64,000 nucleotides of DNA from Desulfosoma sp. (lineage in GTDB: Bacteria; Desulfobacterota; Syntrophobacteria; Syntrophobacterales; DSM-9756), in contig JBBFKW010000004.1 in NCBI GenBank assembly GCA_037481835.1, positions 176,944 to 240,943 of the forward strand. Reading direction: 5' to 3'. Shown here in pieces: positions 46,392 through 56,238 of the stretch. A program made the position numbers and the translations under genes. The notes under the pieces are model-generated. The model saw nothing but the letters and a program-made list of their open reading frames with translations. It did not search any database and had not been told where the DNA came from. How positions within the stretch are numbered: the first letter of the stretch is position 1; each line of letters opens with the position of its first letter.

Positions 46392-49300
46392 CGCTCGATC
46401 GATCAAGGAAAACGGCACTCTGGACATGGAAAGGCGCCGGTTCTTGAAGTGCTCGGCTTTGCTCGGCGGTTCTGCGGCCGCCTCGGCTTTCCTCGGCCGG
46501 TGGATCCCCGGCATCAAAGAGGCGGAGGCCTCTGCGGCCTCTGGCGCCGCCGGGATCGAAGGCAACGCCTACCAGCATCATCTGCCCGAAAATCAAATCT
46601 ATTCCGTCTGTCAGCAGTGCAACACCAACTGCGGCATCAAGGTGAAATTCGTGGACGGCAAGGTGGCCAAAATCGACGGGAATCCCTACAACCCGTGGAC
46701 CATGACCCCGCACATTCCCTACGAAACACCCATAGGAGAAGCAGCCACTGTGGAAGGGGGCATTTGTCCCAAGGGCCAGGCGGGAATTCAAACCCTTTAT
46801 GATCCATACCGCATCGTGAAAGTCTTGAAACGCGCTGGAAAGCGGGGCGAAAATAAATGGAAGACTATCCCCTTCGAGCAGGCCCTGGATGAAATCATCA
46901 ACGGCGGGGATTTGTTCGGCGAAGGCCATGTGGACGGCCTCAAGGACATCTGCACCCTTCGGGATCCCAAGATCTCCAAGGCTTTGGCGCAAGACGCCGA
47001 GCTGGTCGCCGCAAAGAAAATGAGCCTGGAGGAATTCAAGGCAAAACATGCGGCCAACCTCCACCACCTCATCGACCCGGACCATCCCGACCTGGGCCCG
47101 AAGAACAATCAGTTCTGCCTCAACTGGGGCCGACTCAAAGCCGGCCGCAGCGACCTCCTCAAGCGTTTCGTCAACAAAGCTTTGGGGTCCGTCAACACCC
47201 ACGGCCATACCACCGTGTGTCAAGGATCGCTCTATTTTACGTGCAAGGCCATGAGCGACCAGTTTGAAGAAGGGAAATGGGGCGGCGGGAAAAAGTTCTA
47301 CTGGCAGGCGGACACGGGCAACGCGGAGTTCATCATTTTCGTCGGCGCCAATCCTTACGAAGCCAATTACGGGCCGCCCTTGAGGGCCCAAAAGATCAGC
47401 GAAGGCCTCATCGACGGTCGGCTGAAAATTGCTGTCGTAGATCCACGATGCTCAAAGACGGCCGCACGGGCATGGAAATGGATCCCCGTGCAGCCCAACG
47501 GCGTCGGGGCCTTGGGCATGGCCATGATCCATTGGATGCTGGAAAACAATCGTTTCGACGCCCGCTACTTGGCCAACGCCAACAAAGGCGCCGCGGTCGA
47601 GGATGGCGAGCCCACATGGACCCAAGCCCCGTGGCTCGTCAAAATCGGCCCCGACGGCACGCCCGGAAAATTTCTGCGCGGCTCCGACATTGGCATTCCC
47701 TCGGAAAAGCGTCCCAAAAAAGACGGTTCCGGCGATTGGGAGCTGGATCCTTTTCTCGTCATGCGCGACGGGGCTCTCATTCCCTTCGATCCCAATGACG
47801 CCAAAACCCCCGTGGAAGGAGACCTCTTCGTCAACACAGAGGCCAACGGCATCCCGATCAAGAGCGTGCTTCAGATCCTGAGGGAAGCGGCCGCGCGATT
47901 TTCCCTATCCCAGTGGGCCGAAATGGCCGGCGTTGCGGAAAAGGATATCGTGGAGCTGGCCCGGGAATTCACGAGTCACGGAAAGCGTGCCGCGGTCGAT
48001 TGCCACCGCGGTGTATCCCAGCACACGTCCGGCTTCTATAACGTGCTCACCTGGATGACGGTCAACACCCTCATCGGCAACCACGACTACATGGGAGGGC
48101 TTTCCAAAGCCACCACCTATGACATCACAGGGGAAAAGCCGGGCAAACCTTTCAATTTGACCTTTCATGAGGGAAGCCTCAAGGAATGGGGGATCTCCAT
48201 CATCCGCCACGAAAAGGTCTACGATAAGACGACCCTCTTCCAGGGCTTTCCCTCCAAGAGGGTTTGGTATCCTTTTTCCAGCGACATTTACCAGGAGGTC
48301 ATCCCCAGCATGGGAGACGCCTATCCTTATCCCATCAAGGCTCTGTTCCTATACATGGGCTCGCCCGTCTACGCCCTTCCCGCGGGAAATAAGCTGGTGG
48401 AAATTCTTTCGGATCCCAAGAAAATCCCGCTCTTTTTCGTCTCCGACATCGTCGTTGGGGAAACATCCATGTATGCGGACTACATCTTCCCGGATCTCAC
48501 TTACTTGGAACGGTGGGAATTTTCGGGCTCGCACCCCTCCGTCACACCCAAAGTGGCCCCCTTCCGGCAGCCGGCTTCGGCGCCCCTCACGGAGACGGTC
48601 ACCGTCTTCGGCGAAAAAATGCCGCTTTCCCTGGAATCCCTCGTCCTGGGAATCGCCGAAAAACTGCGGTTGCCCGGCTTTGGGGAAAACGCCTTCGGTC
48701 CCGGTTTACACCTGAAACGTGACGAAGATCTGTATGTACGCATGGTCGCCAACATCGCCTTCGGGGACAAACCCGACGGGTCTGAACGCGTGCCCGCCGC
48801 CGATGCCGAGGAAATGCGGATTTTTGAACAATCCCGTCGGCATTTGCCGGAAACCGTCTTCAAGATCGATCGATGGAAAACTCTGGTCGGGCCCGAACTG
48901 TGGCCCCATGTGGTCTACGTGCTGAACCGCGGCGGGCGTTTCCAAAGCTACCACGACGCCTATAAAGACGGAAAGCTCACCAACAAGTACGGCAACATGG
49001 TGGGCCTCTACTTTGAAAAACTGGCCACGACCCGGCATTCCATGACCGGCGAAACCTACATTCCCCACGCAGCATTCGTCGAGGGCCCGCGGGATTGCCG
49101 CGGAAACCTTCTCGACGATGCGGCCCAGGGGTTTGACTTGACCTTGATCACTTACAAGACCATTACTCAGACCAAATCGCGAACGTCCGGCAACTACTGG
49201 CTGCAGGCCGTCTATGCGGAAAACGCCGTCGATATTTCCACGACGGACGCCCGACGGCTGGGCCTGCGCCCGGGAGACCGGGTGCGGATCGTTTGTCCCA

Positions 49301-49611
49301 CCAACCCAGACGGAGAATGGGATCTCGGGCATGGGTTCAAGAAGCCCATGATCGGACGCGTGCGCATCATCGAAGGCATCCGTCCCGGCGTCATCGCCTT
49401 TTCTTTGGGCCACGGCCACTGGGCCTACGGATCCTCGGACACGGTCATCGACGGCACGAGGATCCCTGCGGATCCCCGGCGGGCCACGGGCTTTCACGGA
49501 AACGCCGGCATGCGGGTCGACCCCGTGTTGCAAAACACGGGGCTTGTGGATACAGTGGGCGGAAGTGCGGTCTTTTACCAAAGCCAAGTGAAGCTCGTCA
49601 AAGTGACCTAG
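46381..49611 (+). CDS. DMSO-reductase-family Mo/W-bisPGD catalytic subunit, tetrathionate/selenate reductase (TtrA/SrdA)-like
   Basis: Tat motif RRRFLK; CQQCNTNC...ICPKG Fe-S motif, DGNPYNP, LGPKNNQ, HTTVC, ETSMYADYIFPD.TYLE and GHGHWAYG. 1076 aa; B-C-A gene order. Confidence 0.88.
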   Translation: MRIDARSIKENGTLDMERRRFLKCSALLGGSAAASAFLGRWIPGIKEAEASAASGAAGIEGNAYQHHLPENQIYSVCQQCNTNCGIKVKFVDGKVAKIDGNPYNPWTMTPHIPYETPIGEAATVEGGICPKGQAGIQTLYDPYRIVKVLKRAGKRGENKWKTIPFEQALDEIINGGDLFGEGHVDGLKDICTLRDPKISKALAQDAELVAAKKMSLEEFKAKHAANLHHLIDPDHPDLGPKNNQFCLNWGRLKAGRSDLLKRFVNKALGSVNTHGHTTVCQGSLYFTCKAMSDQFEEGKWGGGKKFYWQADTGNAEFIIFVGANPYEANYGPPLRAQKISEGLIDGRLKIAVVDPRCSKTAARAWKWIPVQPNGVGALGMAMIHWMLENNRFDARYLANANKGAAVEDGEPTWTQAPWLVKIGPDGTPGKFLRGSDIGIPSEKRPKKDGSGDWELDPFLVMRDGALIPFDPNDAKTPVEGDLFVNTEANGIPIKSVLQILREAAARFSLSQWAEMAGVAEKDIVELAREFTSHGKRAAVDCHRGVSQHTSGFYNVLTWMTVNTLIGNHDYMGGLSKATTYDITGEKPGKPFNLTFHEGSLKEWGISIIRHEKVYDKTTLFQGFPSKRVWYPFSSDIYQEVIPSMGDAYPYPIKALFLYMGSPVYALPAGNKLVEILSDPKKIPLFFVSDIVVGETSMYADYIFPDLTYLERWEFSGSHPSVTPKVAPFRQPASAPLTETVTVFGEKMPLSLESLVLGIAEKLRLPGFGENAFGPGLHLKRDEDLYVRMVANIAFGDKPDGSERVPAADAEEMRIFEQSRRHLPETVFKIDRWKTLVGPELWPHVVYVLNRGGRFQSYHDAYKDGKLTNKYGNMVGLYFEKLATTRHSMTGETYIPHAAFVEGPRDCRGNLLDDAAQGFDLTLITYKTITQTKSRTSGNYWLQAVYAENAVDISTTDARRLGLRPGDRVRIVCPTNPDGEWDLGHGFKKPMIGRVRIIEGIRPGVIAFSLGHGHWAYGSSDTVIDGTRIPADPRRATGFHGNAGMRVDPVLQNTGLVDTVGGSAVFYQSQVKLVKVT

Positions 49612-49621
49612 AGCGCGCGCC

Positions 49622-50278
49622 ATGCAAGATTTTGAATCGCTCCTCGCCTCGTCTGCCGAAGCCCACGGCCATCTGTGCCCCGGTCAGGTGATCGGGGTGC
49701 GCATGGCCATGTTGGGATGCGCTTTGGTGGGCTTGGACAATCCGCAGAGTCTTCCGCAACTCAAGAAGCTCATTGTTTATGTGGAAATGGACCGTTGTGC
49801 CGCCGATGCCGTCGCCCACGTCACAGGCGTCAAACTGGGTCGCCGAAGCCTGAAATTCATGGATTACGGCATCATGGCGGCCACCTTCGTCAATCTGGAA
49901 ACCGGGCGCGCCTTCCGGGTGCTTTCGACGGAAGAGTCGCGGGATTTGGCGGCGGTCTACGCCCCGGAAGTCGTCGGCAAATCCGCGCAGCAGCTCGAGG
50001 CTTACCGGCGCATGCCCGATGAGCTCCTGTTCCGGGTCCAGGAAGTGACCGTGGCCATCGATCCCCTGGACCTTCCCGGACCTACCCGGCGCAAGACGGC
50101 CTGCACCCGATGCGGCCAGATCGTGCGAGACGGCAAGGAAGTGATCACGCCAGAGGGGCCTCTGTGTGTTCCCTGCGGCCGCGGGGCTTATTTTACATGC
50201 GTGCGGGAAGTGCCGCTGAACGAAGCCCTGAAGAGCGAACCTTCAACGATTCTCGCCACAACAGCACACCAAGCGTAA
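49622..50278 (+). CDS. FmdE-family protein with a C-terminal zinc finger
   Basis: HGHLCPG, EMDRCAADA and CTRC...CVPC. Confidence 0.88.
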   Translation: MQDFESLLASSAEAHGHLCPGQVIGVRMAMLGCALVGLDNPQSLPQLKKLIVYVEMDRCAADAVAHVTGVKLGRRSLKFMDYGIMAATFVNLETGRAFRVLSTEESRDLAAVYAPEVVGKSAQQLEAYRRMPDELLFRVQEVTVAIDPLDLPGPTRRKTACTRCGQIVRDGKEVITPEGPLCVPCGRGAYFTCVREVPLNEALKSEPSTILATTAHQA

Positions 50279-50288
50279 GAGGGGTCCG

Positions 50289-51323
50289 ATGAAGCTCAAA
50301 ACCATTCCCGTAGAAAAAGCCGTCGGCCTGACTTTAGCCCACGACATTACGGAAATCCGGCCGGGCGTCTTCAAAGGGGCGGCTTATCGGCGAGGCCACA
50401 CGGTCTGCGAGCAGGATATCTGTCACTTGCAAAAGCTCGGCAAGAATCGCCTCTACGTCATCGAACTGGAATCGGACGAAATCCACGAAGACGAGGCGGC
50501 GGCCCTTCTGGCCGACGCTCTGGCAGGCGAAAACGTTCTATGGGATGAAGGCCCCCGCGAGGGAAAAATCAAGCTTAAGGCCGCCGTGGACGGATTGCTG
50601 TGCGTCAATGTCCCGGCTCTGGCCGCCTTCAACATGGTCGAGGAGGTCATGTGCGCCACGCTGCATACGGGCACTTTGGTGCGCCGAGGGGATTTGGTGG
50701 CCGCCACCCGGGCCATTCCTCTGGTCATGAAAAGGGCACCCGTGGAAAGGGCCGCGGCCATCGCCAAAGCCCAGGGGGGAATCGTTTCGGTTAGGGTTCT
50801 GAGGCGAGCCAAGGCCGGGATCATCATCACGGGAAACGAAGTTTACCACGGTCTCATCGAGGACCGGTTCGCACCGATCTTAGCCCAAAAGCTTGAAGCA
50901 TTAGGTTCAGCAATTCACATCCTTCGCTATGCTCCGGACGATATGGGGGCCATCCGAGAGGCCATCGCCGAAGCGCTTCGCCAGGACTGCGATCTTCTCT
51001 TGGTAACCGGGGGCATGAGCGTGGACCCCGATGACGTGACGCGGGCCGGGATTGCCGCCGCCGGCGGCCGGTCGATCCATTACGGGTCGGCGGTGCTTCC
51101 CGGGGCGATGATCCTTACGGGCTTTATCGGCTCCGTCCCGATCCTGGGCGTTCCCGCCTGCGCCCTGCACCACAGGGTGACGGTCTTCGATCTCATCCTG
51201 CCGAGAATCCTGGCAGGGGAAGAAATCGGCAAGACCCAACTCGCCCTCATGGGCCACGGGGGCCTGTGCCGGGACTGCCCCCAATGCACCTACCCCCATT
51301 GCCCCTTCGGCAAGGGCGCATGA
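50289..51323 (+). CDS. MoeA/MoaB-like molybdopterin-binding protein with a C-terminal Cys cluster
   Basis: LAHDITEI, TGNEV, TGGMSVDPDD, VLPGAM and CRDCPQCTYPHCPFGK. Confidence 0.85.
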   Translation: MKLKTIPVEKAVGLTLAHDITEIRPGVFKGAAYRRGHTVCEQDICHLQKLGKNRLYVIELESDEIHEDEAAALLADALAGENVLWDEGPREGKIKLKAAVDGLLCVNVPALAAFNMVEEVMCATLHTGTLVRRGDLVAATRAIPLVMKRAPVERAAAIAKAQGGIVSVRVLRRAKAGIIITGNEVYHGLIEDRFAPILAQKLEALGSAIHILRYAPDDMGAIREAIAEALRQDCDLLLVTGGMSVDPDDVTRAGIAAAGGRSIHYGSAVLPGAMILTGFIGSVPILGVPACALHHRVTVFDLILPRILAGEEIGKTQLALMGHGGLCRDCPQCTYPHCPFGKGA

Positions 51324-51435
51324 GCCTCCAAAAGGTCAACATTCCTTGATAAGGAATGAGGGCATCACAGGACGAAGGTCGGGCAATCAACAGTCAGGGC
51401 CTTGATGGCGGCCCCCCGCGCAGGGCATTTGTTCC

Positions 51436-51813
51436 CTACTCGTTTTTCTTGTCCGCCATCAAGCCCGCCAGTCCCGCAAAGGGATTGTGCCGGAAGCCGT
51501 CCCGTGAAGTTTCCCGAACCGGTTCGGCCTCATAGGCATCGGCAACCCGATCGCGGGCGTGTTCATTTTCATGGCAGTAGAGGCACAGGAGCTCCCAGTT
51601 GCTTCCGTCGGGCGGGTTGTTGTCATGATTGTGGTCCTTATGATGCACGGTAAGCTCCCTCAAACGCTTTCCGCTGAACTCCCTGCCGCACCGCGCGCAC
51701 ACGTGAGGCAGAATTTTCAAGGCGCGTTCCCGGTAGCTTTTTTCCCTTTCTTTGCGAACGCGAAGCCCCTCTTCAAAGGCGCTTTTCTGACCGCCGCTCC
51801 TTGACGAAGGCAC
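51436..51813 (-). CDS. yajD: YajD-family HNH nuclease
   Basis: YRERALKILP.VCARCGREF and HHKDHNHDNNPPDGSNWELLCLYCHENEH. Confidence 0.88.
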   Translation of the reverse strand: MPSSRSGGQKSAFEEGLRVRKEREKSYRERALKILPHVCARCGREFSGKRLRELTVHHKDHNHDNNPPDGSNWELLCLYCHENEHARDRVADAYEAEPVRETSRDGFRHNPFAGLAGLMADKKNE

Positions 51814-51909
51814 GTCTCATCCTTTCCTCTTCCTCGTTCATCTCCATTCCGACGTCTCGGAAATCCTTTCTTTAAGGGAATCGGCCGGCTTACCCCCTCG
51901 TCTCGGGGA

Positions 51910-52392
51910 TCATTTTCCCTTTAAGGGAATGGGCGTGTCTCGAGGGACGGCGACGGCCGTGATGCTGTTTTTCGGGCTGCCTTCGATGAGCCGGTCCGAA
52001 TAGGTCAGATAGACAAGGACGTTTCGGGCGGAATCCACCATGCGCACCACCTGGACCCGTTTGAAAATGAGGGAAGCGCGTTCGGAAAAGACTTCCTCTT
52101 TTTCCGGCACTTCCGAGCGAAAGCGGATGGGCCCCGTCTGCCGACACGAAATGGAGGCATCGGAGGGATCCTCCGCCACCCCCACGGCCCCCTTGATTCC
52201 GCCCGTTTTCGCTCGGGAGACATAACAGGAAACCCCTTCCACCCGCGGATCGTCGAAGACCTCCACAACAATTTTGTGATCCGGCCCGATGAGTTTCCAC
52301 ACTGTGGACACTTCCCCGATTTTCTCTCCATACACCGGCCCTTGGGTGAGCATCAAAACCAGTGCCGGTAAAATCCACCGTGATCGTTTCAT
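51910..52392 (-). CDS. creA: CreA family protein
   Basis: [34 protein letters not shown] and GSPKNSI. Confidence 0.92.
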   Translation of the reverse strand: MKRSRWILPALVLMLTQGPVYGEKIGEVSTVWKLIGPDHKIVVEVFDDPRVEGVSCYVSRAKTGGIKGAVGVAEDPSDASISCRQTGPIRFRSEVPEKEEVFSERASLIFKRVQVVRMVDSARNVLVYLTYSDRLIEGSPKNSITAVAVPRDTPIPLKGK

Positions 52393-52488
52393 CCTCTCCC
52401 TTTCCCCCGGGGATGGGCCTTCGGTCCGCGACCTCGCCCCTCAGAGACTCCAAAAGAGGCGCTCGGCCCATGGCGCCCTAAGCGTTCC

Positions 52489-52525
52489 AAAAGAAAAGCC
52501 GCAATCCCCAAGAAGGAATTACGGC
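52489..52525 (-). terminator. Rho-independent terminator after tRNA-Leu
   Basis: Minus strand GCCGTAATTCC-loop-GGGATTGCGGC followed by TTTTCTTT. Confidence 0.7.
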
Positions 52526-52543
52526 CTCGATGAAAGCTCTTTA

Positions 52544-52629
52544 TGGTGCCGAAGGCCGGACTCGAACCGGCACGGGTCTCCCCACCACCCCCTCAAGATG
52601 GCGTGTCTACCAAATTCCACCACTTCGGC
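52544..52629 (-). tRNA. tRNA-Leu(GAG)
   Basis: GCCGAAGTGGTGGAATTTGGTAGACACGCCATCTTGAGGGGGTGG...GGTTCGAGTCC...CTTCGGCACCA; long variable arm; usual position downstream of secG. Confidence 0.96.
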
Positions 52630-52650
52630 ACGCCTTCATGGCGATCGTGC

Positions 52651-52678
52651 ATTATAGCGGCTTTTCGAGCCGATGCAA
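52651..52678 (-). promoter_or_regulatory. Sigma70 promoter of tRNA-Leu
   Basis: TTGCAT-16bp-TATAAT. Confidence 0.6.
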
Positions 52679-52681
52679 GCC

Positions 52682-53149
52682 CTATTGTGCGGGCTTGCCT
52701 TGCGGCGTGGCGCCGCTCGGCTGCGACTGCGGCGCCGCAGTTCCGCCCGAAGCAGCGGGCGCGGGTTCCGCCTTTTTCGGAGCGGTTTCCTGTCCCTGAG
52801 GCGCCGGAGCCACCGGCTTGGTTTCCACGGTGATCGGTGCCGGCGCCGTCTGAACGGGCTTGGCTTCCGGCAACACGGGCTGTTCCTTGACCGGAGCCTT
52901 ATCCATGATGGACTTGGTGTGCACCTGGCCGGACATGTACGTCAGCCCCAGGCAGGTGAGCATGAACACCACGGCGGCCAGGGTGGTCAGTTTCCCCAGG
53001 AAAGTCGTCCCCCCCGTGCTCCCGAAAAGGGTCTGAGAACTTCCGCCGAAAACGGCCCCGATCTCCGCACCTCGGCCTGTCTGCAACAGAACAATGAAGA
53101 TCAACGCCAAACACGCAAGAATGTGAAAGGTGATCAGGATGGCTTGCAT
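52682..53149 (-). CDS. secG: Preprotein translocase SecG with a Pro/Ala-rich tail
   Basis: LIFIVLLQTGRGAEIGAVFGGSSQTLFGSTG...FLGKLT. Confidence 0.95.
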   Translation of the reverse strand: MQAILITFHILACLALIFIVLLQTGRGAEIGAVFGGSSQTLFGSTGGTTFLGKLTTLAAVVFMLTCLGLTYMSGQVHTKSIMDKAPVKEQPVLPEAKPVQTAPAPITVETKPVAPAPQGQETAPKKAEPAPAASGGTAAPQSQPSGATPQGKPAQ

Positions 53150-53931
53150 CAGGGACTCTTCCCACTCCTTCCATATTGGACGATCCGCGCAAAGGACGCC
53201 ACCTCGAGGCTGGCTCCACCCACCAAAGCGCCGTCGATATCCGGCTGGGCCATGAGATCGTCCACGTTGTCCGGTTTCACGGAGCCTCCATACAATATCC
53301 GAATGCCCATTGCAACCGCTTTGTCGAACCGGTCCCCAAGCCACTGGCGAACAAACGCGTGGGCTTCCTGAGCCAGATCCGGGGTGGCCGTTCGGCCGGT
53401 TCCGATGGCCCACACCGGCTCGTAGGCAATGACCAATTTTTCCGGTGAGTCCAACGATATCCCTTCCAGGCCCGCCGCCAGCTGGCGGCGCAACACCTGC
53501 TCCGTCAAGCCCGCCTCGCGTTCCTCGATCTTTTCCCCAATACACACGATGGGGACCACCCCGCGGGAGAGGGCGGCCGCCGTTTTGCGGCCGATCCATG
53601 CGTCCGATTCCCCGAAGATGTGGCGTCTTTCCGAGTGGCCCACGATGACGTAGCGGCAGCCCGTTTCCGCAATCATGGCCAAGGACACTTCCCCCGTGTA
53701 GGCTCCTTGGGCTTCCCAATGGCAGTTCTGGGCGGCGAGCGAAAAACCCGCCGCCGCCATGGGCTCACGCAGCGGCCACAGGTGCGTAAAGGGCGGAGCG
53801 ATCAGGACTTCGCGATCGGGGGGATTTCCCACGATCTCATGGAGTTTGGCGATAAAAGAAACGCCTTCCGCAATGCTCAGATGCATCTTCCAATTGGCCG
53901 CCATAAGGGGCCTGCGCACGTTGGTCGACAT
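53149..53931 (-). CDS. tpiA: Triosephosphate isomerase
   Basis: ANWKM, GHSERR, AYEPVWAIGTG and LVGGASL. Confidence 0.98.
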   Translation of the reverse strand: MSTNVRRPLMAANWKMHLSIAEGVSFIAKLHEIVGNPPDREVLIAPPFTHLWPLREPMAAAGFSLAAQNCHWEAQGAYTGEVSLAMIAETGCRYVIVGHSERRHIFGESDAWIGRKTAAALSRGVVPIVCIGEKIEEREAGLTEQVLRRQLAAGLEGISLDSPEKLVIAYEPVWAIGTGRTATPDLAQEAHAFVRQWLGDRFDKAVAMGIRILYGGSVKPDNVDDLMAQPDIDGALVGGASLEVASFARIVQYGRSGKSP

Positions 53932-53933
53932 GG

Positions 53934-55130
53934 CTACTCCTTGCCCATGCAGGCTTCCAGAGCTTCGATGCCGGGAAGAACTTTGCCTTCCATCATCTCC
54001 AAGAAAGCCCCTCCTCCCGTCGAAACGTAGCTCACCTTATGATGCACGCCGGCCTTCTTCACCGCACTGGCCGAATCCCCCCCGCCGATGACCGTGAGCG
54101 CCTTGGACGAGCCCAAGAATTGGGCCAAGGCAAACGTCGCTTTTTCGAAAGGCGGCGTTTCAAAGGCCCCTAAGGGGCCGTTCCACACAATGGTGGAACA
54201 CCCGCGCAAGGCCTCCTTGACGGCCTCAACGGTTCGGTCTCCCACGTCGAAAATCGCGGCGTCCTCCGGAACGGCCGTCACGTCCACCACACGGGCTTGG
54301 GCCCCCGATTCCATGTCGGGCGCCACGACCACGTCCACAGGCAGCAGCACGCGCACGTTGCGGCCTTCGGCCAGCTTGAGGAGTTCCAGGGCCTTGGGCA
54401 TGAAGTCGTCTTCCACCATGGATCTTCCCACGGGCCGGCCCTGGGCCTTGAGAAACGTGTTGGCCATAGCCCCACCGATGATCAGGACATCCACCTTGGG
54501 GATCAGGTTTTCCAAAACGCCGATCTTCGTGGACACCTTGGCCCCGCCGATCACCACCGCCAGGGGACGCTCGGGGTTTTCCACCGATTTCCTGAAATAC
54601 TCCACTTCCTTCGCCAGCTGATAGCCCGCGGCGCACACGGGGACGAACTGGGTGATCCCATGGACGGAGGCGTGAGCCCGATGGGACACGGCAAAGGCGT
54701 CGTTGACGTAAACGTCGGCCAGGGAAGCCAGTGCCTTGGAAAAGTCGGGATCGTTCTTTTCCTCTTCCGGATGAAAACGCAGGTTTTCCAACAAGATCAC
54801 CCCGCCTTCCGCGAGGGCATCCACCATGGATCGCACCCCATCGCCGATGCAATCGGGCGCCAGCGGCACGTCCCTTCCCAAGACGCCGGCAAGATGACGG
54901 GCCACGGGCGCCAAGCTCATCTCCGGCACGACCTTTCCCTTGGGTCGGCCCAAATGGGACGCCAGAACGGCTTTACCGCCCGAGTCCATGACCTTGCGAA
55001 GGGTGGGCAAAATGGCCTGAATTCGAGCGTCGTCGGCCACCCGGCCGTCCTTCTTGTCCAAGGGAACGTTGAAATCCACGCGGATAAAGACCCGTTTGCC
55101 CGAAACGTTCACATGATCCAGCGTTTTCAT
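53934..55130 (-). CDS. pgk: Phosphoglycerate kinase
   Basis: RVDFNVP, SHLGRP, LENLRF, WNGPLG and STGGGA. Confidence 0.98.
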   Translation of the reverse strand: MKTLDHVNVSGKRVFIRVDFNVPLDKKDGRVADDARIQAILPTLRKVMDSGGKAVLASHLGRPKGKVVPEMSLAPVARHLAGVLGRDVPLAPDCIGDGVRSMVDALAEGGVILLENLRFHPEEEKNDPDFSKALASLADVYVNDAFAVSHRAHASVHGITQFVPVCAAGYQLAKEVEYFRKSVENPERPLAVVIGGAKVSTKIGVLENLIPKVDVLIIGGAMANTFLKAQGRPVGRSMVEDDFMPKALELLKLAEGRNVRVLLPVDVVVAPDMESGAQARVVDVTAVPEDAAIFDVGDRTVEAVKEALRGCSTIVWNGPLGAFETPPFEKATFALAQFLGSSKALTVIGGGDSASAVKKAGVHHKVSYVSTGGGAFLEMMEGKVLPGIEALEACMGKE

Positions 55131-55207
55131 GGCTCGCCCCTCCTGTGTTGTCCGAATCCGGCGGAAACCTTCCCGGGTGCGAAACCGGTCGCCGCGCCGA
55201 TCGTCTT

Positions 55208-56215
55208 CTAGAGTTGCTTGCCCATGTGCACTGCCAGATCCACCAAGCGGTTGGAATAGCCGTATTCGTTGTCGTACCAGCTGAGCACCTTGACCATGCG
55301 CTTTTCGATAACCTTGGTGAGCGGCGCATCGACGCACGACGAGTACGTGCTGTGGTTGAAATCCACCGAGACGAGCTCTTCGTCCACGTAGCGCAGGATG
55401 CCTTTCATGTGCCCTTCGGCGGCTTCCTTCAGCGCCCCGTTTACGGTTTCCACCGTGGCCTCCGTTTCCACTCGGCAGACCACATCCACAATGGAAACGT
55501 TAGGCGTAGGAACCCGGATGGCCATGCCGTCCAGCTTGCCTTTGAGTTCCGGGATGACTTCCGCCACCGCCGTCGCCGCTCCGGTCGTCGTGGGCACCAT
55601 GGAAAGGGCCGCAGCCCGAGCCCGCCGCAAATCCTTGTGCAGAGCGTCCAGGAGCCTTTGGTCCATGGTGTAGGAATGGATGGTCGTCATCAGGCCGTGC
55701 TCGATGCCGAAACGGTCGTGGAGCACGCGGACGATGGGCGCCAAACAGTTGGTGGTGCATGAGGCGTTGGAGACGATATGGTGTTTCATGGGATCGTACT
55801 GGTCGTCGTTGACGCCCATGACAAAGGTGGCGTCCATGCCCTTGCCGGGAGCCCCCACGATGACCTTGCGAGCCCCGGAATCCAGGTGCTTGAGGCAGCT
55901 CGCCTTGTCCCGAAACCGACCGCTGGTTTCCAGCACGATGTCCACGCCCAGGTCCCTCCACGGCGCCTGGCTCGGATCGCCGACCTTGAGGCACTTGTAG
56001 GCCTTGCCGTCCACATGGATCTGTTGGTCGTCCGCCGAAATGTCCCGGTTCCATGTGCCGTGGACGGAATCGTAGCGCAGCAGATAGGCCAGCTCGGCCG
56101 GGCTTCCCAAATCGTTCAAGGCGACGATTTCCAAAGGATTTCCCCGATCCACGTTCGCTCGAAACACCATCCGCCCGATGCGACCGAAACCGTTGATAGC
56201 GACTCTGATGGCCAT
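55208..56215 (-). CDS. gap: Type I glyceraldehyde-3-phosphate dehydrogenase
   Basis: INGFGRIGR, NASCTTNCL and WYDNE. Confidence 0.97.
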   Translation of the reverse strand: MAIRVAINGFGRIGRMVFRANVDRGNPLEIVALNDLGSPAELAYLLRYDSVHGTWNRDISADDQQIHVDGKAYKCLKVGDPSQAPWRDLGVDIVLETSGRFRDKASCLKHLDSGARKVIVGAPGKGMDATFVMGVNDDQYDPMKHHIVSNASCTTNCLAPIVRVLHDRFGIEHGLMTTIHSYTMDQRLLDALHKDLRRARAAALSMVPTTTGAATAVAEVIPELKGKLDGMAIRVPTPNVSIVDVVCRVETEATVETVNGALKEAAEGHMKGILRYVDEELVSVDFNHSTYSSCVDAPLTKVIEKRMVKVLSWYDNEYGYSNRLVDLAVHMGKQL

Positions 56216-56238
56216 GTCCTTCTCCTTTGTCCCCGCAG

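Noticed and set aside
46381..49611. Selenocysteine recoding in the molybdoenzyme
   Set aside because: The ORF is uninterrupted and the putative ligand position is a Cys codon.
52393..52629. tRNA-Leu as an integration site for the upstream accessory genes
   Set aside because: No integrase, and no duplicated tRNA 3' end was seen elsewhere in the window.
52682..53719. 345-aa ORF suggesting a long N-terminally extended SecG
   Set aside because: The extension overlaps tpiA in another frame; the real start is the ATG at 53149, coupled to the tpiA stop.
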